64,000 nt of DNA from Octopus vulgaris (lineage: Eukaryota): assembly GCA_951406725.2 (NCBI GenBank), contig OX597815.1, positions 91,946,001 to 92,010,000 on the forward strand, written 5' to 3'. The notes below the pieces were generated by a model. That model saw nothing but the letters and a program-made list of their open reading frames with translations. It did not search any database and was not told where the DNA came from. Positions 1 through 43,204 of the stretch are shown here, in pieces. Position numbers and translations under genes: made by a program. Every line of letters begins with the position of its first letter. Position 1 is the first letter of the stretch.

Positions 1-482
1 TGAAAGTGCAGTCAAACTTTCGCGCATGTGCAGTCACAGGTTCGCGCATGCGCAGTCACACTTTCGCGGACGCGCAGTCACACTTTCGGGCATGCGCAGT
101 CACACTTTTGCGCATGCGTGCACACACATTCGCGCATGCGCACACACAAGTTCGCGCATGCGCAGTCAAACGTGCACGTACGCACATTCGCGCATGCGCA
201 GTCACTCGTTCGCGCATGCGCGCGCAAACGTTCGCGCCATACGTTCGCGCATGCGCAGTCAAACATTCCCGCATGCGCAGTCACACGTTTGCGCATGCGC
301 AGTCACACGTTTGCGCATGCCCAGTCACACGTTCGCGCATGCGCTGTCACACTACCGCGCATGCCCAGTCACTCGTTCGCGCATTCACGCACACACGTTC
401 GCGCACGCGCAGTCATACGTTCGCGCATGCGCAATCACACGTTTGCGCATGCGCAATCACACTTTTGCGCATGCGCAGTCAT
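1..482. repeat. ~22-bp tandem minisatellite, consensus CACACGTTCGCGCATGCGCAGT, ~20 copies
   Basis: Directly visible tandem units, each with the palindrome GCGCATGCGC. They produce the spurious repetitive ORFs at 6-508. Confidence 0.95.
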
Positions 483-668
483 ATGTTAAATTATTTTTAA
501 AATCGTAGACTCATCGTAGACGCGTACTAATAGCCAGACGGGCTCGATATTAATCACGACTATAAGATACCCGAATTTGGTTAAACTGCACCGCAAAATG
601 TGGGAGGAGTTAGGAATCTAAATCGTAGGAGACAGACACTCACACAACTACAGTTTTATATATATAGA
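1..668 (-). mobile_element. 5' end of a Helitron-like element (continues beyond window start) with internal GC-rich minisatellite
   Basis: The minus strand begins a|TCTATATATATAAAACTGTAGTTGTGTGAGTGTCTGTC at 668 next to a TA run. This is the same TC(TA)n..(GT)n 5'-end pattern as the Helitron at 57016. The 3' CTAG end is not in the window. Confidence 0.6.
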
Positions 669-689
669 TATATATATATATATATGCAC

Positions 690-865
690 ATATGGGTACA
701 GGACGTCAGCAATTGTAAACAACATGAAGTACAAAAACAAGCAAGTTAAATACGCAAACAACTAGACAAAAAACATTGAAAACAGGACAAGTAACACAAA
801 GAATGAGCCTTCATCAGTTGTCGGCTGTCTATCTACTTCTCATTTCGATCATTCAACAACAATAT
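690..865 (-). repeat. short TA-flanked repeat, possibly a Penelope-like pseudo-LTR fragment
   Basis: Follows a TA run; minus strand contains GAAA...CTGATGAAGG. Family assignment is inference. Confidence 0.3.
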
Positions 866-2952
866 GTATAGGGCCTTATCTTACCACTTTGATCTACTCT
901 TTTTCTCTTGTATCTTGTTTGTTTTTTAATCTCTCCTTGAATTTTTCCTTCTTTTCGAGTTTTCCTATTTCCAGATATTCTCTGTTCTAACATTCTTCTT
1001 TCTCTTTCTTTTCGTAGTTCTCTGCCTTTAAACTTTCCAGGGAAACAACTTAGATTAAATGTCCTAAGTTGCGTCCCTTATCCAACTGAATTTTTTTTTT
1101 AATATTATGTGTTGTTTAGTTATGTTTGCCATGAAGTATCCTATTACTGCTTAACTCTTATCAATTGCTTACTCTCAACAGAACGTAAGAGTTCTGAATG
1201 CATATATGGTACGGAACCGCTCCTTCAGATGTACACAAACATCCTAGAAGACATCCCCAAATCTATTTGATTGATAGGCAATGATTTACTTCTGTCGTAT
1301 TGTTGCTACAGTAGTCTCTACTCTCTGAACCAGCTATCCGCATATCCTCCTCTAACCGGATTTAATAAACTTTTTTAAATCCCTTCTTTCAATCTAGCTG
1401 TATCACATCTCATCAACACAGGTGGTGATCTTCAATATGACAGCGACATTTTTTGACTTGTTACCTTTTATATTAAACGTCCTTGCGAAAACATACTGTA
1501 TCACGTCATTACCACACCTCAGACCCCACACTAAACACTCCTTTTTCAAAAATATATCCCTCTGAAATTTTTTCCACATCCACACTTTTCCGCAAACATG
1601 AATTTGCCTATAGTTGTTTACAGTAAATACCAACCACAACAATATAAAAGGCTCTGCGAAAATTATGGGTACTGCTCCTTCTCTACTGCTCATTTTTTTT
1701 TTTTTTTTTTGTAGCTAATGGTAGAGCTTACAAAGGGAAACCGGACAACCCCTGGTGATAAGAATCACAGAATATCATAAAACAATAATAGATGTTGGAA
1801 GGAAATGTTAGAAACAGAAGAAAGTGTGTAATTCAAAAGAGAAAATGTTGATCGACGCAAGATCAGTGTTATTCTTACGTTCAAGGGAAGCAATACAGTA
1901 TATTCTTTACAAGGGAGGTAATTTGTCAGAGAGTACTTCCTTCCTCACTTCAATGCAAATTTGGCTATAGAATAGTGATATTCGAGAATTCTCAGAGGAC
2001 GTAAGAAGAAAAGTTATCTAAGAAAAAGAACTGAATTTTTCTCCGGCTAAAACGGAATTTTTGTTTGACAATGTGAAACAAAAGTATTGTCAATATTTTC
2101 AGAAAAGTCAAAGGTAAGCAACAAAGGAGAAAAATCATATGTGAAATATTATATAATTATTAAATTTTTTTTTTAGATATTTTCTCTTAGAAAATAAATT
2201 GAAGTGTTTACTTCAACAAAGCTAAGGAATTTCTTGAGCCCCATCACCTCCGCCGCCCTGCTTAGAATGTTTATTTCAAATTTCATCCTGACTTACATCA
2301 TCCTTAATGGTAGTCTACCACTTCTGGCAATCATGTCTCAAGTTTTGGGATTTGTCAAAAAAATCACCCGGAAATCAAAATCAAGGAGTACATTTGGTAT
2401 TATTGTAATTTCGTTATTGAATGTACAGCACTTGGTATGGTGCTACATGTCTATATTTTATTTTGAAATATTGCTGAAGTAGTTTAGTTTGTTCTGATTT
2501 CAAGCTTTTCCTTTCTACACTATTTTTCTATGTAGTTCATTAATGATTAACATTTAAATCAAACAATGCTTTCTTTATATTCCAGTATGACTATGTTATT
2601 ACTGACTGAATGGTGAAGGACAACATCAAACCCACTAGAATTAACTCTAGACACTAGAAGGAGCAAACTAAAAATACTAAAGGCATTCAGTCTGACCACA
2701 CAGCCCAATTTCTTACAGAGGCACAGGCCAAACATTTTGTAGAGGATGGATTAATTAAATGCACTCCAATATATGACTAAAGCTTTACACTGACCTTAAA
2801 CAATTCTACCAAATCAAGCCAAGATAACATCTATGTGGTTTCTTAATCTGCTAGAAATATCAGTAAAATCCTCAAATCATACCATCAGAAAAAGCACAAT
2901 ATATATCATGCCGGAGAAAAGAAGGGAATGGTCATGAATGAAACCTGTGATC

Positions 2953-3110
2953 ATATCATCATCATTTAACTCGTTTGTCCATGCTAGCATGGGTTGGACG
3001 GTTTGACCAGTGCTGGCAAACTACACCAGACTCCAGATTTGGCATTGCTTCTACGGCTGGATGCCTTTCCTAACTCCAAACACTTTACAGTGTGCTGGGT
3101 ATTGTTATGA
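2953..3110 (-). mobile_element. RTE LINE 3' tail fragment
   Basis: (CAT)n tail, CCATGCTAGCATGG palindrome and GGCTGGATGCC motif matching the 3' end of the RTE at 43205-46062. Confidence 0.8.
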
Positions 3111-3204
3111 GGTACCATACAGGTGTCACATAAATGTACCTGTGCAGTGCTTAGGTTTCCTTAATCAGGAATGAAGAACCTAGGGTTAAACATAGTAATT
3201 TTGT

Positions 3205-3760
3205 TCTAAATTTGGCACAAAGCCAGAAGTTTTGAGGAATGGGAGTAAGTCAATTATATCAACCTCAGTACTTGACTAGAAGTTATTTTATCAACCTTGA
3301 AAGGACAAAATGCAAAGTTGACTTTGACAGGATTTGAGCCCTGCATTGCCAGGGCTATTCAGGCTCAAAATATGAATAGCCTGAAGAAATAGTTAAGCTT
3401 TTTGCATGTTATACTAATGATTCTGCTAGCTGACTGCCTCAGTAAAAATGGTTTCAAATTTTGGCACAAGGCTAACAATTTTGTGGAAGGGGATAAGTCG
3501 ATTACATCAACCCCAGTGATCAACTGTACTTATTTTATTGACCTTGAAAAGATTAGAGGCAAAGTTGACTTCAGCAGAACTTGAACTCAGAACATGAAGA
3601 CAAACAAAATGCTGTTAGGCATTTTGCCTAGCATGCTAATAGTTCTGCCAGCTCAGTGCCATCACTGCCTTAGTAATAATGACCGTTTCAAATTTTGACT
3701 GAATGTCAGCAGTTCTTAAGGAGGAAGATAGTCAATTACATCCACCCCCAGTACTTGTTT
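3205..3760 (-). mobile_element. cluster of degenerate tRNA-derived SINEs (Nin/Deu-like domain)
   Basis: Repeated tacttattttat(c/t)gacc..gaaagg..aaaggcaaagttgac..gaactcagaac motif, reverse-complementary to the SINE at 16812. Confidence 0.65.
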
Positions 3761-5101
3761 TAAGATCCATTTTTCTTGCTAGTGAAGGTTAGACAGCTCA
3801 TTCTGGCACCATTTTTTTTTTTTTTTTGTGGGACCCAATGTAATAATAGTAATTATTATTTCTTGCATTGGTACAAGTTAATAAATTTGAAAGGTAGAAG
3901 TGTAATTAATTCAATATATGCTAGTAGATTTCTGATAATTATTTGACCAGCCAGAGAGAATAAGGACAAAATAATACAGGCCAAATTACAAAAGGACAAA
4001 ATACAGCAATGATTCAGTTCAGCTCTTTTGTTTTTCACACTTCAATGCCTCATTAGATTATTTCTAACTTTGTTTAACATACTTTTGGAAAAGGATATGT
4101 CAATTGAAACTGACTAGTACATATTTTTATTGTCCTCAGAGAGATAAACAGATACAAACCTGGCTGAATAAGAATTGGGTATCATAAAGCATTTAGTCAT
4201 ATATTCTACCTTTTCTGTTTGTTACTCACCTGTTTGATAATAAAAAAAAAGTTAACAAGAATTCTCAACAGAGTATTAATTAATGAGAATTTATTTCATT
4301 TTATTTTAAATCACCCCTTCAACACACTAGCAACCTCAATCTTGTTCTCTGTCCAGACAGTAAAATAGATATGTGTTGCATGTTAGCTCTATTTATGGGA
4401 CACACAAGGAAAATAACACAGACATTAAACAGTTTAGGCTTTTTCAATATATCTTCTCAGACTTCTTCAAACATTGCATCAATTCTTTTCTACATGCTTC
4501 ATTTTATTTCTTAAAATATTGCTGCATAAAATTTAACCTCACAAAATAACATAAAATTTAACCTCACAAAATAGCATAAAAGTACAATTAATAAATTTAT
4601 AATGGCTAATATATATGTATTTATTGTGTCTTCATGTGTGTATAAATGATTAACGATAATCATACTACCTTTAATATAAACTTGAAAATTTACATAATCA
4701 CTTAAAATGAAATGTTCTAATTTCGTAACACATTCTACAGAAATAAAATTTTACTACTTCAACTGAAAGCATATTTAGTTTTGTTATAAAGAAATTTTAG
4801 GGCTAAAACATTAAGTTAAAGGATTCCATGACTTACAATAAAACATTAAAACACATCAAAATTGTATACACACACCTTCTCTCTCTAACAATGTTTAAGC
4901 CCACAAAATTACTTTACAGGTAAACTTAAATGTGTTGTAGAATCCCCAAAGATATGGTTAAGTGCTGATATTAAAAGACACTGATATTAGTGAGAAAATT
5001 AACTATTCATGGAGGTAACCAATTATGACTCATATATCAATACAACTTTTAACAGCTTGAAAATGAAGACGTCAGGAGACCTATCCGCCAAAAGAAATGT
5101 A

Positions 5102-5143
<42 letters not shown>

Positions 5144-6059
5144 ACACAGCATGTGAAATGCTAAACACCTGACAGTAGTTAGTTTGATACAATCTCTAAA
5201 GAATATTCACCATGATAAAATGGTGCATGGAACCTGTAACAGATCAACAGACTTTCCAATAAGAAAGAGAACCTGCGCACAATAGAAATTGGTACACAAC
5301 TTATGCTCCTTAGATTAACACAAATATTAAGACTAAACAGATGAAAATTAGGGAACTAACAGAAGAAGCCAAGAAAGGAAATTGTCTGTAGTTTTATGGC
5401 AAGCTTTACGTAGCATCCAAAACCCTCTCTCTCTCTCTCAACAAACTCCTTATCATTGTTGACCACATGTTTAAATTCTAAATTTCATAGCAGCATTCAT
5501 CCTCCCATAATAAAGATATAGTCACAGCCAGAAGTCCAAAGTTTAATACAACTTGGCAAGGCAGATATCATATACTAACAATATGCCTAGAAGGCTGTGC
5601 CTTAGCTCTGATCAGGAAAATCTGGCTGGGGCCACACAACAATTACCATAATTCTAGAAACATCAACAAAAAAACAATATCAATAAATATTTCCAATACG
5701 GAAAACAAATTAACTCAGAGCAAAATCTGACAAAACAATACTCAAGTAAATATTATTTTCAATTATTTATTTATCAGTTAATAACAAGATACTGCCAAGT
5801 GAAACAATTGTGACATGAAATGTTTTAAAAGAAAACAAAAATAATAAAGTCTTAACTTAAAGGAAAATGAAAATAGTCTTAAAGAAATTAAAAGACAATC
5901 TATCATGTTATGTTTAGGAAATATTTTGAATTTCAGAAATGATAATGTAATATCGTTTATTATTACTCATTTTTTATTTTTTACTTAATAGATTGTTTAA
6001 TATTAATCAGTTGCTTTTCTAGTCTTATAGTAATATTAATAATGATTTTTCTTCTCTTA

Positions 6060-6645
6060 GACAAAAGTAATTCTTGTTAGAAAAAGAATTTACATTGGGT
6101 TAATCATTCCCAGCAATTTCCTGGTATTTTATCAAACAGTGAAGAATGAAAGACAAAGTCAATCCTGGATTTGAACTCAGAATTGTTGCAACACAAAACT
6201 TCAGAATGTAAAGCATTTAGTCAAGTGTGTTGTTACTTTAGCCATTACAACTCCTGTGTCTATAATAATAATTACTTCTAATATAGGCACAAGGCCACAA
6301 ATTTTAAGAAGGATTTAGTCATTGAAATCAAGCCATGTACTTGACTGGCATATATTTTATAGACTTTAGATGGATGACAGTAAAGTTGACTGGTAAGATT
6401 TTAAACTGAACATAAATACTGCAATTTGGCCACTCCACTGCCCTTATAAAAATTATGTTTCTAGCACAGGGAGAGGGAATTTATTTAAACTGACCCCAGT
6501 ACTTGACTGGTACTTTATTTTGTTGATCCCAGAAGAATGACAGGCAAAGCTGACCATGACATAATTTGAACTCTGGCAGCAAAAAGCCTGAACAAACACT
6601 GTAAGGCCTTTTGTTCAATGCTCCTTTGATTCTGTGAGCCAATCA
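6060..6645 (-). mobile_element. degenerate SINE remnants (same Nin-like family)
   Basis: Three decayed copies of gaccccagtacttgactggtac..ggcaaagttgac..tttgaactc. Confidence 0.55.
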
Positions 6646-9555
6646 GAAGGCAGTATTAAAAATAAATTTTGTAAGCACTTTCTAGAAATTGTTAGAACTA
6701 AGTGACCATGTAAAGAAGATACAAGATACATTATTGCAATAGAGACAAACAACCACTTCAATGTGAAAGGAAACAGACAAGATTTAGAAATATGTCAATT
6801 TGACAAATGAACTGAAAAACAATTAGGGACATATTAATTCCTTTAGTCATTGGAGTACTGAGAACAATACCATAAGCTGAGATCTAGAAAGCAGAGTGCT
6901 TAAAACTTATCTTCTATTCTGCAAGAATCCTTCACAAAACCCATTAAGTGTGAAAAGATTACTTATCACTAAATCTCAAATCATGATTCCACTGGCATGA
7001 TCAATGTGGGCCCCCAATAATAATATATTATATATATAAAGTTGCAATATTTATTCCAATTGCAATGAAGACAATTCAAAGAAAAAGCCTAAGACAATGA
7101 AAATATAATTAACTGACAGCAAACTCAAAATAGACAAGATATAATTGTGAAATGTTTTAAAAGATGAAACAAACTCAGAAGATTGTGAAATGATAGTAGT
7201 GTAGTAGATAAAGTAAACAATATGAAAAAATACCATATGTGCAATTAAAATTTATGAAATAAGAATTAAGCCACGCATGTAAATTAAAGAGACTATTGTA
7301 AAAGCAGAAACATGTTATCTCTAACCAACATTTTGATTTCATATTATATGAGTAAAATCTAATTCATTGAAGTCCTCTTCAAAAACATCGTATTATTACC
7401 CCTTCTATAACATTGTGTAACATGTTCCATAAAACAAACATTGTTATAGCCTTTCCTATAACAGTTATTGTGATTAGTTCTATAATAATATTACTGCCTG
7501 CTCTATACCAAACTGCACTATATTTTAATTTGTAATTACAATGTAATTTACTCTCTGTTCTACATGAAAGACTGCAGTAAGGTATGTTGTGTACAAAATT
7601 GTTCTTTGACTTGTTCTATGATAGACTGCATTATATCCTAATTTGTAATAGATTCTGTCTTGTTCTATACAAGACTATATCCTATAATTAATGCAACACT
7701 ATTGCTTTGTATTGTATAACAGAACCTGTCATATCTAATCCTATATAATTATGTCCAATATATTCCCTAACATCTCAGCAAACAGTAACACTTCAGAGTT
7801 TTAAGATGCAACAATATCACTGGTTCCAGAATTAACAGAGAAATCACAAAGCTTAAGAGTTGATTGAGATTTACAAAGTTTATTGTTTGCTCAACAAAAG
7901 GTTAGGAATTGGTCATTCACCAAGACAGTATGGAAAACCAAAAGCATTTTATTAACAGAGTAGTTTACTTGATGCTTTTAATTTTTTTTGATTAATCATA
8001 AGCCATCCTAGAGCTTTTTGATTATTTTGAACAATGAAAGATTTCAGGCTGACTCTCTCAAGTAATGCAAAGCTTTCTATGTATGAAAATAAATGAAATA
8101 GATTTACAACAGACCTAAAATGCAATTAAGTACTTTTGAAATTCTGCAATGAAAATACTCTAAAACAACATTCAAGACACAAAATTCAAAAAGTTTCTCC
8201 AGAAATATAAATATTATTAATGGTTCTAAACTAAAGATTGTTTAACAAGTACAACTAAAAATAACAACTAAAATTTTCTTCAAGTTAAAGAATTTAACAT
8301 TATAATTGCCTCTTTCTTCGTTTTCATCTTTATGCCTTCAGCAAATAATGAAAGCAGACACAATCTGAAGTATCGGTCTATAAGAACAGCTGGTGACAAT
8401 AACTTGCAAAGCTCAATTTGATTATGGTTCACCTTCAATGAGGCAACAATTAATTAAAACTTTAGAGGAACAAACTAGAACATCACCAGAAAGAGATAAA
8501 AATAATTTGTGTTGGTATAGAAGTAAACACGAAAGAAAACATTATCTTCTTTGTTCATATTAGTCGGAATGCATCACAGAGTTAGCTTGTATGATAGATG
8601 GCAAGGCATCATATCATGGAGAAATAATCATTTAGCTCTGTCAGCTAAATCATTATGTTCAACTGTCAAACAAATTCCAATAAACAATATATAATTTGAG
8701 ATTCCCCCAATTCAGAGGAACCATTCTTTAAATTTCTTTTGAATGACTTTGCAAATTTCTTTGTTTTGGATCATTATTTTGTTATTTTTTCCAGGCTTTT
8801 CTGGATTTTTTTTTTTCTGCAGTGGGATGAAATAGAAAGGATAAAATAACTATTTTATCAAGCAATAGCAAAAGATTAAATAAATCAAGACATTTGGCCA
8901 AACATAAAGAGGGTACAAACTTGAGCAGATGTTTAAAATGAAAAGTGAAAAAATAAAAATTGTCTTCTCCCATCTAAGTGTCCCTTCTCTAGATATCTAT
9001 AGTAGCAATATCTGTTTAAATGAAATGAGAAAAGCATAGAAAAGAAATTAACTAAATATTTAACCAACTTTCATCCACTCATTCACTCACCAGGAGAAAA
9101 TTACTTTTAAATATAAATGAGAGATGAAATAATTTGTTTATTATCTTTTGTATGGGGGAAGGGTCAAGGGTTTTGTTGTTCTTGAAGTAAGCAAGAAATA
9201 AATCAAAAGAATTCTAAACAGAAAATGATAAGTCAATGGGTTTCTATTATTTTCATAAAATAAATATTTTTTTATATTTTCAGTAATTGTTTCTCCCTTC
9301 ATTTCATTTAATAAATTTCAGATCTCCTGGGCACGATTCTAGTCACTACCCCCCTAGTGCTGTTTAGTAGAGTGGAACATTCTGAGAAGAAAACATTTTA
9401 AGTTTCTTTCATCTTTTGTTCTGTCAAACAGATAAATAGAATGGTAAATATATACACAGACACAAAAATCATTATGTTACATAAACTTCACATGCATAGG
9501 GGTAGGCTGTGTTTATTAATTGTAGCTGGTGTAGAGAGAAATGATTGCCATGTTT

Positions 9556-39237
<29,682 letters not shown>

Positions 39238-39770
39238 TCAGTATCAGAATCTCTTTGCACATCTACCAACTAACCGTATGTGTTCCGCTAGGTTCGCTGG
39301 GAAGGTGTCAAATATGTCATTAAGAAAATATTTAAATCAATGAAACTAGTATAAGCTTCTAAATATTATAGAATATTTTTTAGCTTACAAAAGTATGTGT
39401 AATTGAATTATTTTAAATGAATAAAAAAAAATTTTTATTCGTAAAATTTCTGCGGTCTATTTGTCATGGATGTGCAACGTGAAATAACAAGGGACGTAAC
39501 TCGTGATACTAGCTGGCTTAATAGGAGTTATTTATTTATTTAGGACAACTCGTTAAAAAGTGGAATGCAAGAATAAGCGCAAAAAAGTACCATAACCCAT
39601 TGTTTTGTGAAATGGCTTTTTGCTCGTGTAGTGCATCTTGTACAGATTGGCCTATTGGAACATGTATATCTTTGATTTGTACGCACAGCTGGGTTGGAAG
39701 ACAGTTCTACAAAACTAACAAATACGTGTCAATTACGCAATGACGCTCACCAATGCTCCAACGTTGAACT
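39238..39770 (-). promoter_or_regulatory. probable Arp1 5'UTR/proximal promoter
   Basis: Repeat-free, relatively CpG-retaining sequence upstream of the ATG, with CCAAT boxes near 39645 (minus) and 39750 (plus). TSS not determinable. Confidence 0.4.
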
Positions 39771-40989
39771 ATAAGAACAACAAAACCTCCACGTGGTCGC
39801 TTAACCTGCTAGAAATAGCAACCTAATTTCTCTCAAATCACACACCACTGTTTTAGAAAAGGATGTTGGGAATAATATTATTCTAGGGCATTTCGCATAT
39901 TCTAGATTCCTTGCACATAGGAAAAGACGATATTGTAACTCTTGAAGTACTTTGATCATACGTCTGCTCAGTTTGTGCTAACCTTAGGCTACTTAATAAC
40001 AGCAATGTGCTGCTATAGGAGCGTATTGTTTCTAACTCGAGCGGATGAAAATAACTACCAAATCTCAATTAAAATGCACCCTTCTGTCTTTAAAATGGAC
40101 TTATTGCCTGAAAATGTCGCAATGGTCATGGCTGGAATGCCTGTCATCATACGTTTGCTCGAACAGGGCTGACAACAACAATATCGCGTAACTATTTGCG
40201 ACCGGGTAAATCAAATCAGTGGATAATTATATATCTTAATCAAGGACATAATGCAATAGTAACTGACTACAGACTTTGGACAATTGGAATGATAGTCTGT
40301 TAATTTATCAGCTTCTCCCATCTGCAGTTCCAATTAGTATTGTAGTGAAATTCAATTAAGCAAACTAATAGAATTAAAGAAATTCTTGATATAAATACGC
40401 CTCTGTTTAATTCAACAAAAACGCTGTGAATTCAGAACAGATATGTCATACCAATTCTTTAGACATTTAATTTATAAATTGTGGTTTCTAGTCAGTTCCA
40501 GTGCATGGACCTTTGAACAAACTTTAAATCAACGAACCTTGTGGGTGAAATTTGATAAATGGAAACTCCATGAAATCCCATCAGTGATAGTTTCTACTTT
40601 GTAGTAATAGACTTAATCTGTCGACCGTGTTTAACACCACCAAATTTCCCTTGAAGGCTCGGGCTAGATTTCTGCGCTAATGTTAAATACATCCCTCAGT
40701 TTCAGAGGCCGTTAAATGGTCATAGGTGCTGCCCTTCTGATGACTAAAGAAAAAAACTAGTTTCACATGCAACAATAAATTTTTACAATTATACAGACCT
40801 CTATGTTCTGGTCCCTCGAGAATAATTTTCGGCCCTACAGGAAGAAATAAATATATACTCCAAGTCAGTCAGTGAATTTTAATTATAGAATATATTCAAG
40901 TTTACACAAAAAAAGCAAAACGGTATGAATTGAAACTGATCTACAGACTTATGAGGACTTGACTCTACATCAAAGTACCTGCCATATGT

Positions 40990-42070
40990 TAATGCGAAAA
41001 TACATTCTAAGATTAATCCTTGGTCAATATTTTTGGCAGGTGTTAAATAATAAGCCCGTAGAAGAATGTTAAAACCAATGACCTTTGAAGACCCTCTCCA
41101 AATGAGATCGATGTAGTTGTAGGTTAGGTTGAAAAGAATTCAGGCAGGTAAAACATTCTAGAGAGTTGATTTTGGGGACAGAAATGTTAGGATAAAATTA
41201 TTTTGTGCTAGAGTCTGGTCTAAGAGGTGTGACATGGTAGAGATAACAAGAGAAGGCAATGTGGGTGAATCGGCTAAGGCTGGCAAAACTGATAAGTAGA
41301 TTTTTAGTTAACAGTATTAAATACCGCTGGTTAAAGAGACAAGGAAAATATAGCATGTCAGAGTGCTAGTAATCTTTGCCAGCATGAACAGAACACAAAA
41401 TTGATAAGGAAGGACTAAGAATGACAAAATCTCAGAACATTTTATTAGTCACCACCAAAGTGAAAATATTAAAATAATTTGGGAAAGAATGGATTACAAA
41501 GACAGTTAAAAGCCTTCAAAATGAATATGAAAAGAGGAAGATGGAAACCAAGGATTACGTGGATGGATAGTATGAATTAGGCAGACTTAAAGAAAGATCA
41601 ACCGACTGGGAGCGGACGATACTTTATGAGGAGGAAGATATTTGTGTGTAATCACAGAACTGTTTCATTATGTGAGCAATAATCAAATAAGATTTGAAGA
41701 GAGCCAACAACTGATCAAAGCTAAGTGAAGAAGAAAAAATGAATACAGTTGATTTGGTTATAGGCAAGTAAATGATTATGAAAAAGATTAGGGGCAAATG
41801 TGAGAGGGAAGTGATGTAGATGGCCAGTGAGGAGAATGAGGAGAGAAGCTAGAATTGTAGAAAGAAGGTAGGAAGAGGAGGGGGAGCAGTAAGTAAAGAG
41901 AATGAGAGACAAAGACCAACGACACCCAAGAAGTTATTTTGAAGTATTTAAGTAAAAGGTACTCATAGAATTCTTAATTTATTGAGTGAGATGAGTCCAG
42001 AGAGATGTAGAGTGTAAAGAGTCAGAAGCTTAGAGTTGGCTTTGAGAAGTAGAGTGCCAAAGGTTCAAGC
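40990..42070 (-). mobile_element. highly degenerate CR1/L2-like LINE remnant
   Basis: Pyrimidine-rich minus strand with only faint RT C-terminal-like wording; no intact ORF. Confidence 0.3.
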
Positions 42071-43204
42071 AAAGGCTACAACTCTTAGTCAACAGTTCAT
42101 AAGAGACTGGTATGACTGTTCACTAGATTTAAGTTCTATGAACCTACACAAGTCAACGTAAAATAATGTGGAATCCATAATTCCAGATGTAGGCTTTGCA
42201 AGAAAAGAGGAGCTGTTTCTGTTGCTTCTCGTTTTCTACACTGTTCGCTTCACCCTGGATTGAATCGTCGGACTCCATTATAGATTATTTCTTCTTGTAT
42301 CAGTTACTCACCAATGATTTCCATGCGCAAGAGCCCAGGAACGGGGTGCAAACACACCCCCTACAATTTTTAGTGGGTGCAAAATCAAAATTTGCACCCC
42401 TTACATACTTTGCTATAGTGTCTAAAAGATGATCTGTAAAAAGTTGCTTGAAGTTAGATTCCTTCCCAAAACAAGGGACAAAAATAAATAAATAAATAAA
42501 AAGTCCAAAATGTTAACTGGTGAAGCTGGTCATAAAATTCCCAAGGGATTTCTCTGAAGGATATACTACTGGTCTAAAGCATTGTCCACATCAAAATTTA
42601 AAGTATATACAGATAGCAACAGTAGCAATAACAGCATCAGCAGTATGGCCACACCTCAAAGCTAGCACAATTGATGACCTATTAAACTCTGCAATGAAAA
42701 GCCCTTCACTGTCCAGCTATCCACATTCTTCATTTTCTCTGAATACTCTGACCCATCATTATCATCATCATTGCCATAATATTCCACTGCTACAAACATA
42801 ACTGCTGCTACTATCACGCCTTTCTTCTTACCACTGTCCATCTCAATTTGAATGGATACCGCACAGCTCTGTGATAAATCTGCAAACTGTAAATAAAGTA
42901 AAATCTATAAACGCATGATACCCACAAAATATACCAGTTTTCTCAATGCAAGAGACTATGCATACATACATAGTAACTGCAATCTCAGTCATTTACCTGG
43001 GACAAAACATGCAATTCATACAAGCAGCACCAGCCAATGCCAAAACACATCTTACGCTACCACTGCTGTAGCAACTGCCACCATCCCCCACCACTTGTAT
43101 GTGATTTTTCAATCTGCTACTTTCTGTGCAATTTTTTAAACAATGTGTTTCACTGTGTGTGTGTACACATATATTTATACATATATATATATATATATGT
43201 ATAT

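Noticed and set aside
6-508. Overlapping ORFs in several frames (RACAVT/HAQSH repeats)
   Set aside because: Translation of a stop-free 22-bp minisatellite; no evidence of coding.
1100-1960. ORF 1403-1693 and poly-T-bounded segments resembling retroposed 3' ends
   Set aside because: No recognisable protein motif; cannot assign a family without a search.
4525-4581. 25-bp tandem duplication (a 19-bp one also occurs at 34811-34851)
   Set aside because: Ordinary slippage duplications.
39466-39543. Possible divergent gene start opposite Arp1
   Set aside because: The ATG frame closes after ~25 codons and no downstream exons were found.
43037-43204. N-terminal ~56 aa of the 887-aa ORF
   Set aside because: Chance read-through of flank and a TA microsatellite; RTE homology starts at ITYQSG, so this is not a full-length protein or a fusion gene.
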